The notes under the pieces are model-generated. The model did not search any database. It was not told the origin of the DNA and was given only the letters and a program-made list of their open reading frames with translations. Positions 1 to 11,581 of a DNA stretch of 64,000 bases are shown here, one piece after another. Every line of letters starts with the position of its first letter. Within the stretch, counting starts at the first letter, position 1. Location: NCBI GenBank assembly GCA_963823665.1, contig CAWGMQ010000003.1, positions 224,001 through 288,000 on the forward strand, read 5' to 3'. The translations under genes and the position numbers were made by a program. The stretch comes from an uncultured Planctomycetota bacterium. Lineage in GTDB: Bacteria; Planctomycetota; Planctomycetia; Isosphaerales; Isosphaeraceae.

Positions 1-944
1 CCCGTCAGCATCTCAAAAAGCGTCACGCCCATGGAATAGACGTCGGTTCGTCCGTCGATCGCGGCCTCCGCGCGGATTTGTTCCGGGCTCATGTAGCTGG
101 GCGTGCCGCCCAGGAGCCCGCGGCGGTCATTCGAGGAGACCGTTCCCGCGTCCAGGAACCGTGCCAGGCCGAAGTCCGCCAGTTTTGCCCCTCCGGTCGA
201 CCCGTCGATCAGAATGTTGGTCGGTTTGACGTCTCGATGGATCAGCCCATTGGCGTGCGCGGCGGCCAGCGTGTCGGCCACTTGAATCAAGAGCTCGGCC
301 GCTCGAGCCGGGCTTGAGCGCGTTTCTCGCGAAAGTGTCGCGGCCAGGCTCTCTCCTCGCACCAGCTCCATCACAATGAAGGGGTGCCCGGCGGCCGTCT
401 CGTCGACCAGATAGACTGCCACCGCATGTTCGTGGCGGAACCGTGCGGCCGCGCTCGCTTCGCGGATCAGTTGTTTACGGCGGTCGGTTCCCGAGGCGCT
501 CGGAAACAGAATCTTGATCGCGACGTCCCGGTCGAGCACACCATCGTGCCCCGAAAAAACGATCCCCATTCCACCGCGGCCCAGCTCCGACTTGATCCGG
601 TAAGCGCCCAGCCTGCCCAGGTCGCCCGCGTGCTCCGACGGCTCGAGCAGTGCGCGTACCTCGCGGAGTGCCGTGCCGTCTTCGTCAAGCCGCTTGACCG
701 ATTCCGGCGAAATTCGCGAGAGTGCCCGGACCACGCTTTGGAGCCCAGGCTCTGCAAGATATCCTGGCGCCTTGCCCTGCAACGTTGCCCAGCCGGAAAG
801 CTCGCCGTCATCGGTCAGTCGATCGAGAATCGTGCAGCAACCAGAGCACGCGCCAACGTGCATTCGGATCGTTTCGGCATCGCCGTGCGGGAGCGTGCCA
901 GCGACCAGGGCCTGGAGTGATTCCACGCGAGGACAGGGCGTCAT
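1..944 (-). CDS. Ser/Thr protein kinase with N-terminal zinc-binding anti-sigma-like domain (runs off the left edge)
   Basis: Hand-translated from the ATG at 944 (not in the ORF track): MTPCPRVESLQALVAGTLPHGDAETIRMHVGACSGC (HxxxCxxC), then in the same frame LGRGGMGIVF, VAIKIL, HRDVKPTNIL, LADFGL and GTPSYMSPEQ. Confidence 0.92.
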   Translation of the reverse strand, partial: MTPCPRVESLQALVAGTLPHGDAETIRMHVGACSGCCTILDRLTDDGELSGWATLQGKAPGYLAEPGLQSVVRALSRISPESVKRLDEDGTALREVRALLEPSEHAGDLGRLGAYRIKSELGRGGMGIVFSGHDGVLDRDVAIKILFPSASGTDRRKQLIREASAAARFRHEHAVAVYLVDETAAGHPFIVMELVRGESLAATLSRETRSSPARAAELLIQVADTLAAAHANGLIHRDVKPTNILIDGSTGGAKLADFGLARFLDAGTVSSNDRRGLLGGTPSYMSPEQIRAEAAIDGRTDVYSMGVTLFEMLT

Positions 945-1001
945 TTTGGGGGCCGGTCTCCTGCACGGATCGGAGAGATCTGGGGGGGATACTCAATCGC
1001 A

Positions 1002-1613
1002 TCAATCATCCAGCGGCACGCATTGCGGCAGGTCTTCCGCGAGATGCATCACCTCATCGCGCAGCCGTTTGAGCACGCGCGACTTGGCCGCGTAGACCAG
1101 GTCGATCGGCATTCCAAGGGTCGCAGCGGCATCGCTGGCAGAGCGGTTCTCGACCCACACAACCTGGAAGGCGCGCCAGGTTGCCAGTTCAAAATCGGGT
1201 TGAATCCGCTCAAGCGCGATGCGCAGAATCTGCGAGTTGAATTCGTCGTGCCATTCGGGATCCGTGCCATCAACCGCAAGTCCGTCTGGCCCGTTCGACA
1301 AGGGTTCCGGAGGCAATCCTCGCTTGTCGAGCAAGCGAAAGACTCGGTTCCTGGTCACGGTGCGCAGCCAGTCACGAAATCGGCCCCGTTGTGGATCGTA
1401 CACGAAGTCTCGCATCGATCGTAGTACCTGGGCAAGCACATCCTGAGCAACATCGGCGGCATCGGCGTCCTGGAGTCCCTTTCCGCGCGCGTAGGCATAC
1501 ACGATGGGCGCATAAGTCGCCACAAACACCTGCCACGCATCGGAGTCCGAGACGTCGCGAAGGCGAAGCAGGAGACTCGGCCGGGTCGCTCCACCAGGAA
1601 CCGGTTCCGCCAT
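1002..1613 (-). CDS. ECF sigma-70 factor (planctomycete kinase-associated type)
   Basis: TRPSLLLRLRD..AW..FV..Y, DAADVAQDV, GRFRDWL and a region-4 HTH ending VYAAKSRVLKRLR; lies directly upstream of the kinase. Start taken at MAEPVPG. Confidence 0.92.
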   Translation of the reverse strand: MAEPVPGGATRPSLLLRLRDVSDSDAWQVFVATYAPIVYAYARGKGLQDADAADVAQDVLAQVLRSMRDFVYDPQRGRFRDWLRTVTRNRVFRLLDKRGLPPEPLSNGPDGLAVDGTDPEWHDEFNSQILRIALERIQPDFELATWRAFQVVWVENRSASDAAATLGMPIDLVYAAKSRVLKRLRDEVMHLAEDLPQCVPLDD

Positions 1614-1688
1614 CAGGATATATCCCACACTGCAACGGTTCTGCGTTGATTGTCCCAACTTTTTCCGCGGACAACAAGCGCCGCCGCC

Positions 1689-3023
1689 TCACGCGATGCG
1701 GAGCAGGGCAAGGACAATCAAGACAGCCAGCCCGATCAGAAGGGGACATGCCACCTGGCGGATCAACTCGCGAGGTCCGGCGCCGGAAAGCCGGGCGGCC
1801 ATCATCACGACGGCGGCGGCGGGGCTCATGGTGCGCCCGTAATGCGCTGCCAGCGTGATGACAGCGCCCAGGCGGATCGGATCGAGCCCCAATGATCCCG
1901 CCGCCGGCACGAAAAACTCCATGATCGAGACCGCCGGCGCTATCCCCGTCCCCGCCACGAACGCCAGGAACCACGATGCAGCCGGCGCCGCCAGCAGTGC
2001 CGACTTTGGCCAGGCGCTCATCACGTTCAATAACAGCTTGATCAACCCGCTCAGCTCGACGCCCGCCGCGAATGTCGAAGCAACCACGATCAACGAGATC
2101 ACATGGGTGTAGCCATATCCCGCACCCTCGAAGAAGGAGGCCGCCAGACCACCGCTCTTGCCGAAGCTGGTGAGCCCCGCCGCGGCAATCCCGATCAGCA
2201 TCGCAGCGAGAATCCGCCCGGGCCCGACAAGGAACTGGCCCACCGAGTACGGGCCGGCCATTGCGTCAATCGAGAGCAACAGGATCGGCAAGAGCGGGAC
2301 GAGCGCCTTCGCTCGGTTCAGTTTTGGCTCGATTGCCGGCTCTGGCTCTGCGCCGACGTCACCGGCTTGGGCTGCCGGCGCTCGCGGCTCCTCGCGCCGG
2401 CGTGCGAGCATCCAGAAGACCACCAGCACCACGCCGCAGGAAAGGAGGTTCAGCCCACGCGACCGCGCGATCACCTCCAGAGGCGCTACCTTTGATAACT
2501 CCGATAGCTTCGCGATCTCAACGGCGCCCGGATTGAAAAGCTCGCCCCCCATGGATGAGCCCAGGAGAAGAATCGCGCCGGCAGCCGCCGTACCCAGCCC
2601 GCCCGCGCGAAGCAGCGGGATGAGCACCGGGCCCAGCACGGCCGCGGTCGCCGCCTGGCTCACGATCGTGGTGTTGATCAAGTACCCCGCGGCGATCCCG
2701 CCGGGTATGAGCAAACCGCGCATGTGCCGCAAGGGACGAACCAGAAGCATGACCAGGTGCCGGTCGCATTCGGTCAATCGAAGCACATGAGCAAAACCCA
2801 TCGCCGAGCAGATCGGTATGACCGTCGCGGGGTTTGCCATCTCGCTCGCAAGCTTGGCGATGAATGCAGCCGGCCGGCCGGCGGCCAGAAACAAAGGCAA
2901 TGCGCCCAGAAAGAGCAGCATCCGCACGTCGACGCCGCGAATGACAAGGAACGTGACGATCAGAATGTCGAGGATCGCGAGAAGCTGAATCGGCGTGAGT
3001 CCGAAGGAAGGCGAGAAACCCAT
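1689..3023 (-). CDS. dcuC: DcuC-family C4-dicarboxylate / ion-transporter superfamily carrier
   Basis: 444 aa with many TM segments; PICSAMGFAHVL, GGELFNPGA, FFEGAGYGY and GRTMSP resemble DcuC/DcuD. Confidence 0.7.
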   Translation of the reverse strand: MGFSPSFGLTPIQLLAILDILIVTFLVIRGVDVRMLLFLGALPLFLAAGRPAAFIAKLASEMANPATVIPICSAMGFAHVLRLTECDRHLVMLLVRPLRHMRGLLIPGGIAAGYLINTTIVSQAATAAVLGPVLIPLLRAGGLGTAAAGAILLLGSSMGGELFNPGAVEIAKLSELSKVAPLEVIARSRGLNLLSCGVVLVVFWMLARRREEPRAPAAQAGDVGAEPEPAIEPKLNRAKALVPLLPILLLSIDAMAGPYSVGQFLVGPGRILAAMLIGIAAAGLTSFGKSGGLAASFFEGAGYGYTHVISLIVVASTFAAGVELSGLIKLLLNVMSAWPKSALLAAPAASWFLAFVAGTGIAPAVSIMEFFVPAAGSLGLDPIRLGAVITLAAHYGRTMSPAAAVVMMAARLSGAGPRELIRQVACPLLIGLAVLIVLALLRIA

Positions 3024-3083
3024 CGTCGTTGGCAGCGTGAATACTCGCCGCCACTCCGGCCATGATGCCCGTCGAAGCGTGAA

Positions 3084-4079
3084 TCACACCTGGATCGCGG
3101 CGAGTGCATCGAAATAGCTCGTCAGCTCGACATTTCCGCCGCTCAGGATGACCCCGACGCGAAGCGGACCGGCGGCGAGCTTGCCGGTCAGCAGTGGGGC
3201 AACCGCGACGGCGCTTGACGGCTCGATCACGATCTTGATGCGCTCCCAGACGAACCTCATGGCGTCGACGATGTCTTGCTCGGAGACGGCGATGATCCGG
3301 CTGACGCGAGTCGCGATCACGGCGAAGTTTCGCGCGCCGATCGAGGAAGTGCGCAGTCCGTCGGCGATTGTCGCAGGGCTCGGGCAGGTCACGATTCGAC
3401 CCGCTTCGAGTGAGCGCCTGGCGTCATCGGCATTGGCCGGCTCACCGGCCATCACTTTCGTGCTCGGCGAGATGCCCTCAACCGCCAGGGCCGTGCCGGC
3501 CAGCAATCCGCCGCCGCCAACGGGGCAGATGACCAGATCGAGCGGCCCCGCATCCTCGAGCAGCTCGAGCGCAGCCGTTCCCTGCCCGGCGATCACGTTC
3601 CAGTCGTCGAACGGGTGCACGAGGGTAAACCCTTGGCGTTCGATGAGCTCAGCCACGGTGTCCTCGCGCGATCGGAACGTCGGCTCGCAAGAAACAATAC
3701 TTGCTCCATAGCCCTCGGTCGCCGCTCGCTTGACCGCCGGCGCATTCCGCGGCATCACGACAGTGACCGGCACGCCCGCCAGCTTGCCGGCAAGCGCAAC
3801 AGCCTGCGCATGGTTCCCCGACGAATGCGTGATCACGCCCCGGCGCCGCTCATCATCGCTCAACTGGAGCATCGCGTTCATGGCCCCGCGAAACTTGAAC
3901 GCGCCAACCTTCTGGAAGTTCTCGCACTTGAGGAAGACCGAGCCGCCCACCCGCGCATCAAGCGCCTTCGACGTCATCACCGGCGTGCGATGCGCCCACG
4001 GCCTGATCCGTTCGGCGGCCTGGCGGATTTCGTTGATTCCGACTTCAACACTGCAAAACGCGGGCGAAATCGTGCTCAT
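3084..4079 (-). CDS. PLP-dependent Ser/Thr dehydratase (serine racemase / hydroxyaspartate ammonia-lyase type, no ACT domain)
   Basis: KCENFQKVGAFKFRGA (PLP lysine), SSGNHAQA, PVGGGGL, EPSSAV, ILSGGN; has its own ATG at 4079. Confidence 0.9.
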   Translation of the reverse strand: MSTISPAFCSVEVGINEIRQAAERIRPWAHRTPVMTSKALDARVGGSVFLKCENFQKVGAFKFRGAMNAMLQLSDDERRRGVITHSSGNHAQAVALAGKLAGVPVTVVMPRNAPAVKRAATEGYGASIVSCEPTFRSREDTVAELIERQGFTLVHPFDDWNVIAGQGTAALELLEDAGPLDLVICPVGGGGLLAGTALAVEGISPSTKVMAGEPANADDARRSLEAGRIVTCPSPATIADGLRTSSIGARNFAVIATRVSRIIAVSEQDIVDAMRFVWERIKIVIEPSSAVAVAPLLTGKLAAGPLRVGVILSGGNVELTSYFDALAAIQV

Positions 4080-4089
4080 AAGGCGACAC

Positions 4090-6275
<2,186 letters not shown>

Positions 6276-6485
6276 CGCGTTAGCGTTCTCCGGGACCGGA
6301 CCACATCACAGGAACTCTGAATCTCGTCAAGCGTAACGGAATGAGTGCAGTGCTGCCAATGCGGACACGGGTATCTCGGGGAAGGGTTCAGTTGCTGGCG
6401 TCTGCCGCGCGGACCGCCGAGCATGAAACCAAACCTCTTCGGACGACGAACCGCCTGCAATGGAATGCTCACCGTTGCGACGATC

Positions 6486-7850
6486 TCATTTTCGCTTTTC
6501 GGCCACGTTGTCGGGAAAGAAAGGTTGACCCTCAACGACCCCGTCCTGTTCATGATGTTCGAAGACCAGGCTGTCGACGATGTTTCCGGTGTGGTCAACG
6601 ATGATGTAGTGAATGCGCGATCTTTTTTCGTCTTTGTCCTTCTTTGGCTCCTCGTATTTCAGGACGGCGTAGCGGCCATCGGGCGAAGTTTTATCGGTTG
6701 ACGGCAAACCGTCGCAATGAACTCGATCCACGAGCGTCTTGGTCTTGCCCTCGACCGGCCACCGGGCTTCGATCCTCGCAACATAATACGGGGTCCTGCG
6801 CGTCGGACCATCCAGGACCTGCGCCCAATACTCGACGTCCTTCAGTTTAACGATCGGCCCTGATGGTGCAGGACTGTTGCCTGAACGTGATTCAGTGTCC
6901 TGCCTGGCTCTCGGTACTTCGGCAGCAACCGCCTCGGTGACCGACCGACGCTTCACATCGATTCGCATCGCGCCCTGATGGTGGCCGAGTAGCAAGATCG
7001 CCGCGTCCGTCAGCTTCTCGTCGCGTCCATCGCTCTGCCACCTCCTCCATTGGTTAGGGAATAGCGAGTTAGAGTTCTCGTCTCCCGATCGGGCAGTTGC
7101 CTTCGCCGTCTTCAATTCCTCGCCGTACAGGGCCACCACGCGTCGAACCGCGGATTCGTCCCAGGTCATTCGGTGGCGAATTCCGTCAAGATCCACAAAC
7201 CACAAGGATTCCCGACAGAGCTTTTCAATGGCAGGAGGCTCCAGCTTTTTCCTGCCCTTCAGGGATTCGTGCCATGTGTTCATCACCGACTGGTCCTCCG
7301 CGAGAAATCCACTCCCGTCCGGCACGATATCCATTAAACCGTCCGGGCCGTCGATGAGAGACTCGGTGTCCGCGTTCAGGATCGCGCTGCGCGAGGATCC
7401 CTTTCGTTCGTTGTTCATGACCAGAAAGTGGCTCTGTCGGTTCGGTACCTTGATCAGGCTCAATTGACCGGATTCGAGGTTGTTCCGAGCCCAGCTCATC
7501 CATCGCGTCGATCGCAAGACTCGACTTGACTTGACGTCGAAGGCGGAAAGCCGGCAGCTCAGCGACGACTGGCCCTGCCCGCGTCTGGGCTCGATGACGT
7601 AAAGAACCTTCCCGGCAGAATCCAAGTGACCACCCGCCTCCTTGGTCCCGCTCCACACGACCCGCTCGGCCCGCCCGGCTATGTCGTAGAATCGGACCTC
7701 CTTCGACGCATCGTCCTTCGAGAAGCCAAAGACAAAACCAGATGAATCATCAAGCCATTGTTCTTCAGGATTACACCCTGCCGGAGCAAGGATCAAAAAC
7801 AAAAGGCAAATCAAGAACGCTGCCCGCTGTCGGTTGAAGTAGTGGAGCAT
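6486..7850 (-). CDS. hypothetical lipoprotein, possibly beta-propeller-like
   Basis: Hydrophobic signal ending LAPAGC (lipobox); PDGSGFL and SPDGRY turn motifs. Start taken at MLHYF. Confidence 0.6.
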   Translation of the reverse strand: MLHYFNRQRAAFLICLLFLILAPAGCNPEEQWLDDSSGFVFGFSKDDASKEVRFYDIAGRAERVVWSGTKEAGGHLDSAGKVLYVIEPRRGQGQSSLSCRLSAFDVKSSRVLRSTRWMSWARNNLESGQLSLIKVPNRQSHFLVMNNERKGSSRSAILNADTESLIDGPDGLMDIVPDGSGFLAEDQSVMNTWHESLKGRKKLEPPAIEKLCRESLWFVDLDGIRHRMTWDESAVRRVVALYGEELKTAKATARSGDENSNSLFPNQWRRWQSDGRDEKLTDAAILLLGHHQGAMRIDVKRRSVTEAVAAEVPRARQDTESRSGNSPAPSGPIVKLKDVEYWAQVLDGPTRRTPYYVARIEARWPVEGKTKTLVDRVHCDGLPSTDKTSPDGRYAVLKYEEPKKDKDEKRSRIHYIIVDHTGNIVDSLVFEHHEQDGVVEGQPFFPDNVAEKRK

Positions 7851-8166
7851 GGATTGCGTCCTCCTCGATGCCCAGAGTACATGATGAAGCAGCGCGGTGC
7901 CAATGCCGCCGCGGCGATCCGGGCGGCGAGTGAAGCGGCACGATCGCGGACTCGCGCCCCTCCCCCTCTCGCGCGACAACGGTGGGTGGCACTGGCTTTG
8001 CCAGAGTTCCATTCCCGGGTGAATCGCGGTCCCGGATTCACGAACGGCCATTTACCGCAATGAAGTGCCGGCCAAGCGTGACAACACCGGCCGGCGAAGA
8101 GTATGGGTACTCCTTTGATCCTGCTCATGATATCCTTAAGGAGATCCGATGAGGGGAGTCTTACAC

Positions 8167-8424
8167 ATGGCCACCGACCGCGTAAATGACGTGCGGGCAT
8201 TCCAAAGCTTTCTCAGCGAGAAAATCTCGGCCGGAGAAGCCAACCTCACTTTGGATGAAATCCTCGGGCTATGGGAGTACGAGAATTCTTCCACCGAAGA
8301 GCGCGAAGCAACTCGGGAGGCGATTAGCGCTGGCCTTGCCGACGTTGAGGCAGGCCGGACCACGCCTTTCGAGCAATTCGATCGCGAGTTTCGCCAGAAT
8401 CACGGCTTAGCGCCACGAAAATGA
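8167..8424 (+). CDS. putative type II antitoxin (ParD-like partner of RelE/ParE)
   Basis: 85 aa, acidic, with AISAGLADVEAGRTTPFEQF; ATGA-coupled to a ParE-like start. Confidence 0.65.
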   Translation: MATDRVNDVRAFQSFLSEKISAGEANLTLDEILGLWEYENSSTEEREATREAISAGLADVEAGRTTPFEQFDREFRQNHGLAPRK

Positions 8425-8549
8425 CCTATCGTGTGCTGCCCACTTCCTGGGCTGAAGCGGACATCGACCGCATTTTCGACTTGACCCGGCGCACCGTCTG
8501 GACAACAACGCCGGATCTGCTCCGCTCCGCATTGGGCGCACCGTCGTAA
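8421..8549 (+). pseudogene. truncated RelE/ParE toxin remnant
   Basis: Hand translation gives MTYRVLPTSWAEADIDRIFDL... (ParE-like N-terminus), which loses similarity after about 20 codons and stops at codon 43 inside the convergent S53 gene. Confidence 0.65.
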
Positions 8550-11260
8550 GCCGCGCGGATCGCATTGCGCCCGATCGGCAGGGTCGACGTCGTAAAACTG
8601 GACTTGCCGTCGCGAAGCGGGACGATCGCCAAAACAATGTTCCCATCCGTGAACGTGACCGACCCGCCAGCCACCGCTCGCGCGCTGCCGTTGAACTTGA
8701 CCTTGGCGGTGAAAGTAACCGGGTGACCGAAGGTAGCGGCCGTCGACTTCACCGTCAACAACGTGTGGGTAAGGACCGCGCCGTTTGTCGGAGCGGCTGC
8801 CGGTGGCGGAGTGAGCGGGTTTGTCGAGGACGACGGTGGGGTCGACGAACCGGGATTCGACCCCGTCGTGGACGTCGGAGGCCCTGATACACTTGCGGTG
8901 ACGTTAAACGCAGCCGTGGTCACCGGCGCCACGCTTCCGCCACTGACTGTGAGCGTATAACCGGTACCGACCTTGTTCAGAGTGAGCCCGGAAAACGTCG
9001 CGATGCCGTTTGTCACCGGCGCCGTCGGGTTACCGCCCAGCCTGCTGGCGCCGGGGTTCGCGCTCAACGCGATCGCGAGATTGGCATCATAGCCCGCGAT
9101 CACGTTGCCGGAAGAATCCTCGACGGCGACCGTCAGCCCGAAACCGCTTCCTGCGCTGACGCTCGCGGGCGGCTGCACGGTGATCACCAGCAGGTCGTAC
9201 TGTGCCGTCGCGCCGTAAGCGATCAGACCTGGGATCAAGAGGTTCGCAATCGGTGAGCCGAGGCCGGTGACTTCGTCATATCCAGCGCTCGCGTTGAACC
9301 CGTTGTAACCGGATGTGATGTCATGAAAATCGCTCGAGGGCAGGCCATACAGGGCTTGCAAGGCCTGCGTTGGATCCGAGCCGCTATTGAGCGTATCGCT
9401 GCCTTGCGCCACACGTCCCTGATTGGCGATGGCGAAGATCCCCGCCCAGCAGGGGCTGCTCAGACTGGTCCCGAAGTTCCCGTAGGTCAGACCGCCGTTC
9501 TGGAAACAAGTCACACCGCTGTTTTCACTCGCATCGAACGCCACGTCGGGTGTGGTCCGCTGCCGGGTGTTCTGGTACGTGAGCTGGTACGCAGGCTCCG
9601 GTTCGAACGGTGTCGGACCGCCGGTACTTGCCCAGGCCGCAGCGCTGCCGATGGCATCGGCAACCACCCGGCTGTCGGCCGAGCTGGCATCGAGCACCAC
9701 GGTCAACGTGCCGGTGCCACTCGATGAAAGCGTCGGGAAGAACACTCCCAGTTCCTGGAACTGAGAACTGCCGACAGCGTTGCCTGATGGACTCTTGCTC
9801 TGATCGACGACAACCGTCCCGAGCACGGTCCCCGACGCCTGGGTGCCGTCGTAGATCGTGTACGTCGCATCGGTGGCGTTGCTCGCGCTCGCGGTCCAGG
9901 TCGCGGATAGCTCCGTTCCCGCGCCCGTGTTCGCGGGCGTGACGGCGATCGTCCAGACCGCCGAGCCTGAAGTCCCTCCGACCGCCGTGCTGTACGTTCC
10001 GCTGAACCCGCCCGATTGCGATGTCCACGTGCCGGTCTGGATATACGCCGAGCTGCCGTTGTCGACCGTGCTCGACGGGGCCGGAAAACTCCAGCCGGTT
10101 TCGCTGCCATAGGCGTTGCTGGCAATGCTCAGTTGCGTGCCGCCGACAGCCACGACATTCGGTGAAGTCGCCGGATAATAGCCGTTGTTTCCGGTAGACG
10201 GTGCAGGATCGGTTGGCGGCGACGGATAAACATTCGCCCCGTTGTCGTAGCTGGAGGCGAGGAACGTGACTCCGGTGTGCCCGCTCGGCGTGACGAATGT
10301 TGATGAATCGTACGCAGTTTCGCCGCTCCATTCATCCAGGTCCCAGCTATTGGAAACCACGGACACGCCCGGCAGGCTGGCGGCCAGCGCGTCGCCGGCG
10401 AGCAGGCTCATGGGCCAGCTCGCATCATCATTCACTTCGATGACATCGATCTTGGCCCCGGGAGCCATCGCATGCGCCCATTCGACATCCATCTCCTCTT
10501 CTGCTTCCCAATCCCCGCTTGGATCAGCCGCGGGCACGCCATTGCTGCCGCTTTGGCCAACGAGCGCGGTAATGTTCGTGCCCGACTGGTTGTACACACT
10601 GACAATCGACGACGCCGGCCCATACTGCTGGTACAAAGTCTGGGTGGAATTCAGCGTCAAGCTCATGGTTTCGTCGAAACCGTCCAGATCCGTGAGCACG
10701 GTCGGGGCATTCCCGACTTCGACGAGGGCAATGGTCTGTCCCGCACCATCATCTCCACCAGCGCCGAAGCCAGGAACGCTGTTGAGCCCGTAAGCCGCCC
10801 TGATCTGCGCCACGGTGTAGGAGACGTTCCCCACCGCGGGCGCGACGGCGTCAAACGTGAAGCTCATGGTGTTGTCAGCGTAAGTCGTTTCTGGGACGGA
10901 CTGATCCGGGTCGACGGTGACCGTGACCACATTGATCCCGGGTGTGGCGCAAAACGTGCCCCAATCCGCCTCGAATGAACTCGTCCCCGAGATCCCCGCC
11001 CCCCAGGTGAGGGCCCCGGAGTCCTGGGTGAGTCCATTGACTGTATAACCCACCACGTACGAGGCATCGCTCGGCAAATCCTGGGTGGTGAAATCGGCCT
11101 GGATCGATACGTACTCGCCGACGTTGATTGTGCTCTGCGGCTGTCCGCTCCCGTCGACCACGAAGGCATTGGTGATTGTGATGTTGCCGGCCGGAGTGAG
11201 CCGATCTTCGAGGAGCTCGAACTCGGCATCGAAGAGAAACTGCCTGCCACGTCGGGCCAT
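8426..11260 (-). CDS. secreted S53 (sedolisin-like) peptidase with CARDB-like, inserted beta-sandwich and Ig-like domains
   Basis: FELLEDRLTP export motif; EEEMDVEWAHAMAPGA (ExxxD), YPATSPNVVAVGGT, RTTPDVAFDA, GTSLSSP and FHDITSG..GYDEVTGLGSP; C-terminal Big-like domain. Confidence 0.88.
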   Translation of the reverse strand: MARRGRQFLFDAEFELLEDRLTPAGNITITNAFVVDGSGQPQSTINVGEYVSIQADFTTQDLPSDASYVVGYTVNGLTQDSGALTWGAGISGTSSFEADWGTFCATPGINVVTVTVDPDQSVPETTYADNTMSFTFDAVAPAVGNVSYTVAQIRAAYGLNSVPGFGAGGDDGAGQTIALVEVGNAPTVLTDLDGFDETMSLTLNSTQTLYQQYGPASSIVSVYNQSGTNITALVGQSGSNGVPAADPSGDWEAEEEMDVEWAHAMAPGAKIDVIEVNDDASWPMSLLAGDALAASLPGVSVVSNSWDLDEWSGETAYDSSTFVTPSGHTGVTFLASSYDNGANVYPSPPTDPAPSTGNNGYYPATSPNVVAVGGTQLSIASNAYGSETGWSFPAPSSTVDNGSSAYIQTGTWTSQSGGFSGTYSTAVGGTSGSAVWTIAVTPANTGAGTELSATWTASASNATDATYTIYDGTQASGTVLGTVVVDQSKSPSGNAVGSSQFQELGVFFPTLSSSGTGTLTVVLDASSADSRVVADAIGSAAAWASTGGPTPFEPEPAYQLTYQNTRQRTTPDVAFDASENSGVTCFQNGGLTYGNFGTSLSSPCWAGIFAIANQGRVAQGSDTLNSGSDPTQALQALYGLPSSDFHDITSGYNGFNASAGYDEVTGLGSPIANLLIPGLIAYGATAQYDLLVITVQPPASVSAGSGFGLTVAVEDSSGNVIAGYDANLAIALSANPGASRLGGNPTAPVTNGIATFSGLTLNKVGTGYTLTVSGGSVAPVTTAAFNVTASVSGPPTSTTGSNPGSSTPPSSSTNPLTPPPAAAPTNGAVLTHTLLTVKSTAATFGHPVTFTAKVKFNGSARAVAGGSVTFTDGNIVLAIVPLRDGKSSFTTSTLPIGRNAIRAAYDGAPNAERSRSGVVVQTVRRVKSKMRSMSASAQEVGSTR

Positions 11261-11581
11261 CGTTCGGCAGCCAACGACTCGGGCCCGAGATTTCGCCGAC
11301 GGAGATCCCGTCACTCAGATATCCTCAAGAAGTCAACTCTCGGTCGAGAACGCCGCGGCGCATGGGAGGACCAACCAGAGATTCTACACGTTTGAGCCAA
11401 ATGATCCAACCGATCGTGCAACGTCGTGCTGCAAAAGGTCATCACGATGATTACCTTGATGCCGCCGGTTGGTCCGACCGGCGTGTCACGCTCATCTCCT
11501 ATTGCCGGGTGCGCCGCTTCCTGTTCCAATCCCCGTAGACCCGTTGGAAACGGCTCTCGGCGCCGAAAGGAAGCCCCGGCC

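Noticed and set aside
6276..6486. T-box or tRNA-mimic leader upstream of thrS
   Set aside because: No T-box consensus or convincing anticodon-like hairpins were found.
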